A stretch of DNA of 64,000 nucleotides from Oculatellaceae cyanobacterium bins.114 (GTDB taxonomy: Bacteria > Cyanobacteriota > Cyanobacteriia > Elainellales > Elainellaceae). The stretch spans positions 1 through 64,000 of the forward strand of contig JANRJA010000065.1 in the NCBI GenBank assembly GCA_033764315.1, in the 5' to 3' direction. The notes beneath the pieces were generated by a model that did not search any database, had not been told where the DNA came from, and saw only the letters and a list, made by a program, of their open reading frames with translations. The translations under genes were made by a program, and so were the position numbers. This document shows, one piece after another, positions 59,512 through 64,000 of the stretch. The stretch's first letter is position 1. Each line of letters starts with the position of its first letter.

Positions 59512-62010
59512 ATGGATTACCTTAATTTAGGTTGTGGCTATCATTTTCACCCCAATTGGACTAATATTGACTTCATTTCAACTGGTGAAGGAGTAATAGC
59601 CCATAATCTGCGGCAAGGTATTCCATTCCCCGATGCTTCCTTTGATGTGGTTTACCACTCTCATGTTTTAGAGCATTTTGCCAAGGAAGAAGCCAAGCAA
59701 TTTTTGTACGAGTGTCATCGTGTTTTACGTCCCAAAGGGCAAATTCGGGTGGTTGTCCCCGATCTAGAGCAGATTGCTCGTCTCTACCTCAAGGCTCTTG
59801 AAGAAGCCAGTCAAGGCTCACAGGAATGGGCTGCAAACTATGACTGGTTGATGCTGGAAATGTATGACCAGACAGTCCGCAATCGGTCTGGCGGTGATAT
59901 GGCTGTTTATCTCGCTCAAGAGGAGATTCCTAATGAGAAGTTTGTCATCGAACGGATTGGGGCTGAAGGCGAAAATTTAATTAAGTTGTTACGTCCACAA
60001 CGCCAGCAAATCCTGTCAAATCTTAGGGCAACTCATTCATCAAAAACGCCTGAAGACATTGCTAAAGAGATTGGTCAGTTTCGACTCGGTGGTGAAGTGC
60101 ATCAATGGATGTACGATCGCTATTCTTTGTCATCATTGTTGGCAAAAGCTGGATTTACTGATGTTAGAGTTTGCAAGCCAAATGAGTCTAACATTCCTAA
60201 TTTTGATGATTATAGGCTTGATGTAGAACCAAGTGGTCGAGTTCGTAAGCCTGATTCTTTGTTTGTAGAGGCGATCGCCTCTCGTCCTAATCTTTGGAGA
60301 CAACAATTTAACGTTAATCGTGCTCACAATTTTGTCTCTGCCCCACTTAAAATCATTCAAGCTAATACGGTAGATTTTGGTGGAGGTGCTGCCAGAGCTG
60401 CTTATCGGCTCCACAAAGGATTGAATAAGATTGGCCATCAGTCATTGATGTTGGTTAACAATAAACAATCGTTTGATGACACCGTATCTGCCGTTAAGCC
60501 AATTCATCGCGATGGGGATTCTAACCGCAAGCTGATTTCAATTCTTCAGAAAAATTATATCGATTCCAATAGAACTCCGATCTCTAACACATTGTTTTCC
60601 TTTCCCTATCCTGGGTTTAATTTAAGTCAACTTGATGAATTGCTTGAAGCAGATGTTATTAATCTACATTGGGTTACACAATTTCAATCTCCACTAACGA
60701 TCAAACAACTTATTGGATTGCAGAAACCTATTGTTTGGACGCTTCATGACATGTGGGCGTTCACAGGGGGATGCCACTATACGGCGGGTTGCACAAAATA
60801 CACTTCTGATTGTATTGATTGTCCCCAATTAAAGGAAGATCCCCATAATTTAGCGGCTGCAATTTTGGCAGATAAAATTGCAAGCCTTGCAGATGCTCAT
60901 TTAACAATTGTTACTCCTAGCCATTGGTTGGCAGAGTGTGCTAAGCAAAGCCAACTATTTAAACATCAACGGATTGAAGTCATCCCTAATTCGCTTGAAA
61001 CAGATGTTTTTGTACCTGTAGACAAAGCAAAAGCAAGAGAATTGTTGAGGTTAGAAGCAAATATTTTTACATTACTAATTGGGGCTGATAATGGTAACGA
61101 ACGCCGAAAAGGCTTCATGGATCTCTTGAATGCTCTAAGGCTTTGTCTGAAATCAAATCAATTCCAAAATATGGCACAACAAAACAAAGTTCAACTCCTT
61201 TGTTTTGGCTTACCAAATGAAGAGTTAAAATCCTTAAATATTCCATTAAAAAGCTTTGGTCGTGTTGACTCTGATGAAATACTGAAACTGATTTATTCCG
61301 CCGCAGATATTTTTGTTCTACCGTCATTGGAAGACAATTTGCCCAATACGATGTTAGAGGCAATGAGCTGTGGCACACCTGTTGTTGCTTATGATGTTGG
61401 GGGTATTCCAGACTTGGTAAAGGAAGGAGTGACAGGTCGTTTGGTCCGACTAGAAGATACCTCGCATTTGGCTGAAGTGATCCTGGAATGCTCCTCTTCC
61501 CCAGGGGATCTTCAAAAGATGGGCAAACAATGTCGCCAATTAATTGAAGCGGAGTATGGCTTAGAGTCGCAGGCAAAACGATATCTGGAGCTTTATCAAG
61601 ATTTGCTTGGAAAACGAGATTTTGCGTCACCTGTAGAGCAGGTAGGCATTTTGTCGAATGGAAATGATTCAAAGCGATCGAATCATCTCAACCCGCAAAC
61701 TATCTCGGTTGCAGTTCCTCTGGAAACAATGTTTGCAACCCTCGACAACCCAACCTTTGAACGAGCCTCCCTTAAAGCGGCTCTCATGGAAATGGAGTTG
61801 ATGCGATCGCTCCCCACCCATACTGACTCTCAAGAGCCACCACAGCCAGCCCAAGCTAAGTTACAAAAAGTGAGAACGCAATTAAAGTCATCGCAAGAAA
61901 AGATTCAAGAATTGCAAGCAGAAGTGGAGGCAATGAAAACGAGTAAATTTTGGAAATTGCGGAGTTTGTGGTTTAAGTTGAAAGGTCTTGTAGGCTTACG
62001 GCAGGATTGA
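59512..62010 (+). CDS. Methyltransferase fused to GT4 glycosyltransferase
   Basis: LNLGCG, HSHVLEH; GGAARAAYRLH, WTLHDMW, EDNLPNTMLEAMSCGTP; terminal AMKTSKFWKLR. Confidence 0.88.
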   Translation: MDYLNLGCGYHFHPNWTNIDFISTGEGVIAHNLRQGIPFPDASFDVVYHSHVLEHFAKEEAKQFLYECHRVLRPKGQIRVVVPDLEQIARLYLKALEEASQGSQEWAANYDWLMLEMYDQTVRNRSGGDMAVYLAQEEIPNEKFVIERIGAEGENLIKLLRPQRQQILSNLRATHSSKTPEDIAKEIGQFRLGGEVHQWMYDRYSLSSLLAKAGFTDVRVCKPNESNIPNFDDYRLDVEPSGRVRKPDSLFVEAIASRPNLWRQQFNVNRAHNFVSAPLKIIQANTVDFGGGAARAAYRLHKGLNKIGHQSLMLVNNKQSFDDTVSAVKPIHRDGDSNRKLISILQKNYIDSNRTPISNTLFSFPYPGFNLSQLDELLEADVINLHWVTQFQSPLTIKQLIGLQKPIVWTLHDMWAFTGGCHYTAGCTKYTSDCIDCPQLKEDPHNLAAAILADKIASLADAHLTIVTPSHWLAECAKQSQLFKHQRIEVIPNSLETDVFVPVDKAKARELLRLEANIFTLLIGADNGNERRKGFMDLLNALRLCLKSNQFQNMAQQNKVQLLCFGLPNEELKSLNIPLKSFGRVDSDEILKLIYSAADIFVLPSLEDNLPNTMLEAMSCGTPVVAYDVGGIPDLVKEGVTGRLVRLEDTSHLAEVILECSSSPGDLQKMGKQCRQLIEAEYGLESQAKRYLELYQDLLGKRDFASPVEQVGILSNGNDSKRSNHLNPQTISVAVPLETMFATLDNPTFERASLKAALMEMELMRSLPTHTDSQEPPQPAQAKLQKVRTQLKSSQEKIQELQAEVEAMKTSKFWKLRSLWFKLKGLVGLRQD

Positions 62011-62019
62011 GAACTGTTC

Positions 62020-62988
62020 ATGAAGATCTCGATTATCACAGTTTGTAGAAACTCGGAAGCCTACATCGAGAAGGCTATCAAAAGTGTGCTCTCTCAGACC
62101 TATAATCAGATTGAATATATTGTCGTAGATGGTGCCTCTACAGACAAAACGGTTGATATTATTTCCCAATACGCAAAATCAATACAAAAATTTGTTAGTG
62201 AGCCAGATTCAGGCATCTATCAAGCCATGAACAAAGGGCTTTGCATGGCTACTGGCTCCTATATTTATTTTTTGAATTCAGATGATTATTTAGTAGATGA
62301 TGTCGTCATTGAGGATGTTGTCGCTTTTCTCCATAAAAACCCTTTCTGTCACATTTTGTATGGAGATCTTGAGGTCAGAAATGCATCCGGTAAGACTAAA
62401 ATTTTTAAGCCACCTGCTCCACGGCATATCAAAGATTTCATGATTTATGGGAGTATGCCGCATCAGGCAACTTTTGCCAGTGCTGAGGTATTTGCAAGAT
62501 TGGGTCTTTTTAATGAGTGCTATAAAGCTGTCGCAGATGCGGAATGGTACTTAAAGATGCTGTCCGATGACAGCATCCATTGGTGTTACTACCCTCGAAT
62601 CATTGCATCCTATTATTTAGAAGGTTTTTCAGCCAGAGATGTACGTTCAATTAGAGTAGAATTTTGGGAAGTTCAAAACAATGCATCGCTCTATCAAACA
62701 AATGATTGGCTAAAAGCTCGAATTAAAAAATTTCAGACTGTAATTACCGATTTTGAGGAACAGCTCGAAACTCAAAAGTATGTTTCTGAGCAAGCCCAAG
62801 AGCTAGTACAATCCCTCAACAAAGCTCGACAACAAGTAAATCACTTAGAAACAGAACTAAAACTCACTCAAGAGGAGCTAAACACCGCTAAAGAGCGGAT
62901 TTTCGCCATGGAAACTAGCAAATTTTGGAAGCTAAGAAAACAATGGTTTCAAATTAAAAAGAGATTAGGGTTACCCCTGAATGAATAG
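62020..62988 (+). CDS. Glycosyltransferase family 2
   Basis: ISIITVC, VVDGASTD, GIYQAMNKG, LNSDD; terminal AMETSKFWKLR. Confidence 0.9.
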   Translation: MKISIITVCRNSEAYIEKAIKSVLSQTYNQIEYIVVDGASTDKTVDIISQYAKSIQKFVSEPDSGIYQAMNKGLCMATGSYIYFLNSDDYLVDDVVIEDVVAFLHKNPFCHILYGDLEVRNASGKTKIFKPPAPRHIKDFMIYGSMPHQATFASAEVFARLGLFNECYKAVADAEWYLKMLSDDSIHWCYYPRIIASYYLEGFSARDVRSIRVEFWEVQNNASLYQTNDWLKARIKKFQTVITDFEEQLETQKYVSEQAQELVQSLNKARQQVNHLETELKLTQEELNTAKERIFAMETSKFWKLRKQWFQIKKRLGLPLNE

Positions 62989-63034
62989 ATCTTGAAAAGT
63001 GTTTTAATCCTTAGTGAGAATTGATCCTGAAGTT

Positions 63035-64000
63035 ATGATCGAGACGATTACAGATCAGGTTGCTACTAATCAATTAATGGGTTCCTCCGTCGATCAACCC
63101 TTAGTATCGGTCGTGATGCCCTGTCTTAACGAAGAAAAGGCGATCGCCAGTTGTATTCAAAAGATTCAAACTGCTTTTTCGACGGCAGGGGTCGTGGGTG
63201 AGATTGTTGTAGCTGACAATGGCTCGACAGATAACTCAATCGCGATCGCTGAAAAAATGGGTGCCCGTGTTGTGCATCAACCCCTGCGCGGCTATGGTAA
63301 TGCTTATATCAAAGGATTTAGTCATGCCAAAGGTGACTACCTAATCATGGGGGACGCGGATGACACTTATGACTTCCTACAAATTCCTCAATTCTTGGAC
63401 TGTCTTCGCAATCGTGGCTATGATTTTGTAACAGGCAGTCGGTATCTTCAAGGTGGACAGAGTACAATTCCTGTCCTGCACCGTCTGTTTGGCAATCCGG
63501 CTTTAACTGCACTCCTGAACTTTTTGTTTGGAACCAAATATACCGATGTTTATTGCGGTTTTCGGGGCTTTACTCGTCAAGCTTATGATTTAATTCAACC
63601 TGTCAGCCCAGGGATGGAATTCAACTTAGAGTTGGCGATTAATGCCGGACTAACACGTCTCAATATTACTGAAATTCCAATTCGGCTCCATCCGCGCAAA
63701 GGCGAGTCCAAATTGCGGACTTTTCGGGATGGTTGGCGCAGCTTAAGAATGATGCTTATTTATTGCCCTAATAAAGTTTTTCTTTTGCCCGGATTGTTTT
63801 TATTAATTTTGGGTCTTCTAATTCATGCGATTGTTTTGTTAAATTTGATGAAATATCAGGATCGATCAGTCGGGGCGGTAACCAGTGTTTTTGCAACGAT
63901 TTTTAGTGTGGTTGGGTTTGAAGTACTAAGCCTTGGCTTACATGTTAAAACCTATTCATGGAGTCGTCGTTTTGATCGCGATAATGCTTTACTCAAATAT
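63035..64000 (+). CDS. GT2 (polyprenol-phosphate glycosyltransferase-like), truncated by window end
   Basis: Manual translation: VSVVMPCLNEE, VADNGSTD, MGDADDTYD, GESKLRTFRDGWR; absent from the ORF track because there is no stop in the window. Confidence 0.88.
   Translation, partial: MIETITDQVATNQLMGSSVDQPLVSVVMPCLNEEKAIASCIQKIQTAFSTAGVVGEIVVADNGSTDNSIAIAEKMGARVVHQPLRGYGNAYIKGFSHAKGDYLIMGDADDTYDFLQIPQFLDCLRNRGYDFVTGSRYLQGGQSTIPVLHRLFGNPALTALLNFLFGTKYTDVYCGFRGFTRQAYDLIQPVSPGMEFNLELAINAGLTRLNITEIPIRLHPRKGESKLRTFRDGWRSLRMMLIYCPNKVFLLPGLFLLILGLLIHAIVLLNLMKYQDRSVGAVTSVFATIFSVVGFEVLSLGLHVKTYSWSRRFDRDNALLKY

Overview
Cyanobacterial chromosomal window: HIP1 octamer GCGATCGC is abundant, with heptamer STRR tracts and XisI, Uma2 and DUF4327 genes. 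Left half (1-30.5 kb) holds mixed genes: an IS5-family element disrupting a glycosyltransferase-like gene, GT2, a TPR protein, an orphan Hcp, sucrose synthase and sucrose-phosphate phosphatase, cell-wall enzymes, a histidine kinase, a CHASE2 protein, an RTX serine protease and an SLH protein. Right half is a pseudaminic-acid-type glycan cluster (pseB, pseC, cytidylyltransferase, methylase, hisH/hisF/amidotransferase, pseG, formyltransferase, pseI, fused GT/methyltransferases). It is split between pseG and the formyltransferase by a ~9.7 kb island. The island carries a 21-bp-periodic array with a small unknown gene, then a type III-like restriction-modification pair whose Res ends in a HEPN-like RxxxxxH domain. 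Between mod and res sit a REP-associated tyrosine transposase (RAYT), DUF2283, XisI and Uma2. About 17 GTAG-type REP hairpins lie in the island, and four clusters of them are translated in frame inside mod, the RAYT and res. This RAYT/REP-RM association is the most unusual thing in the window. All family assignments are from motif recognition, not database searches.
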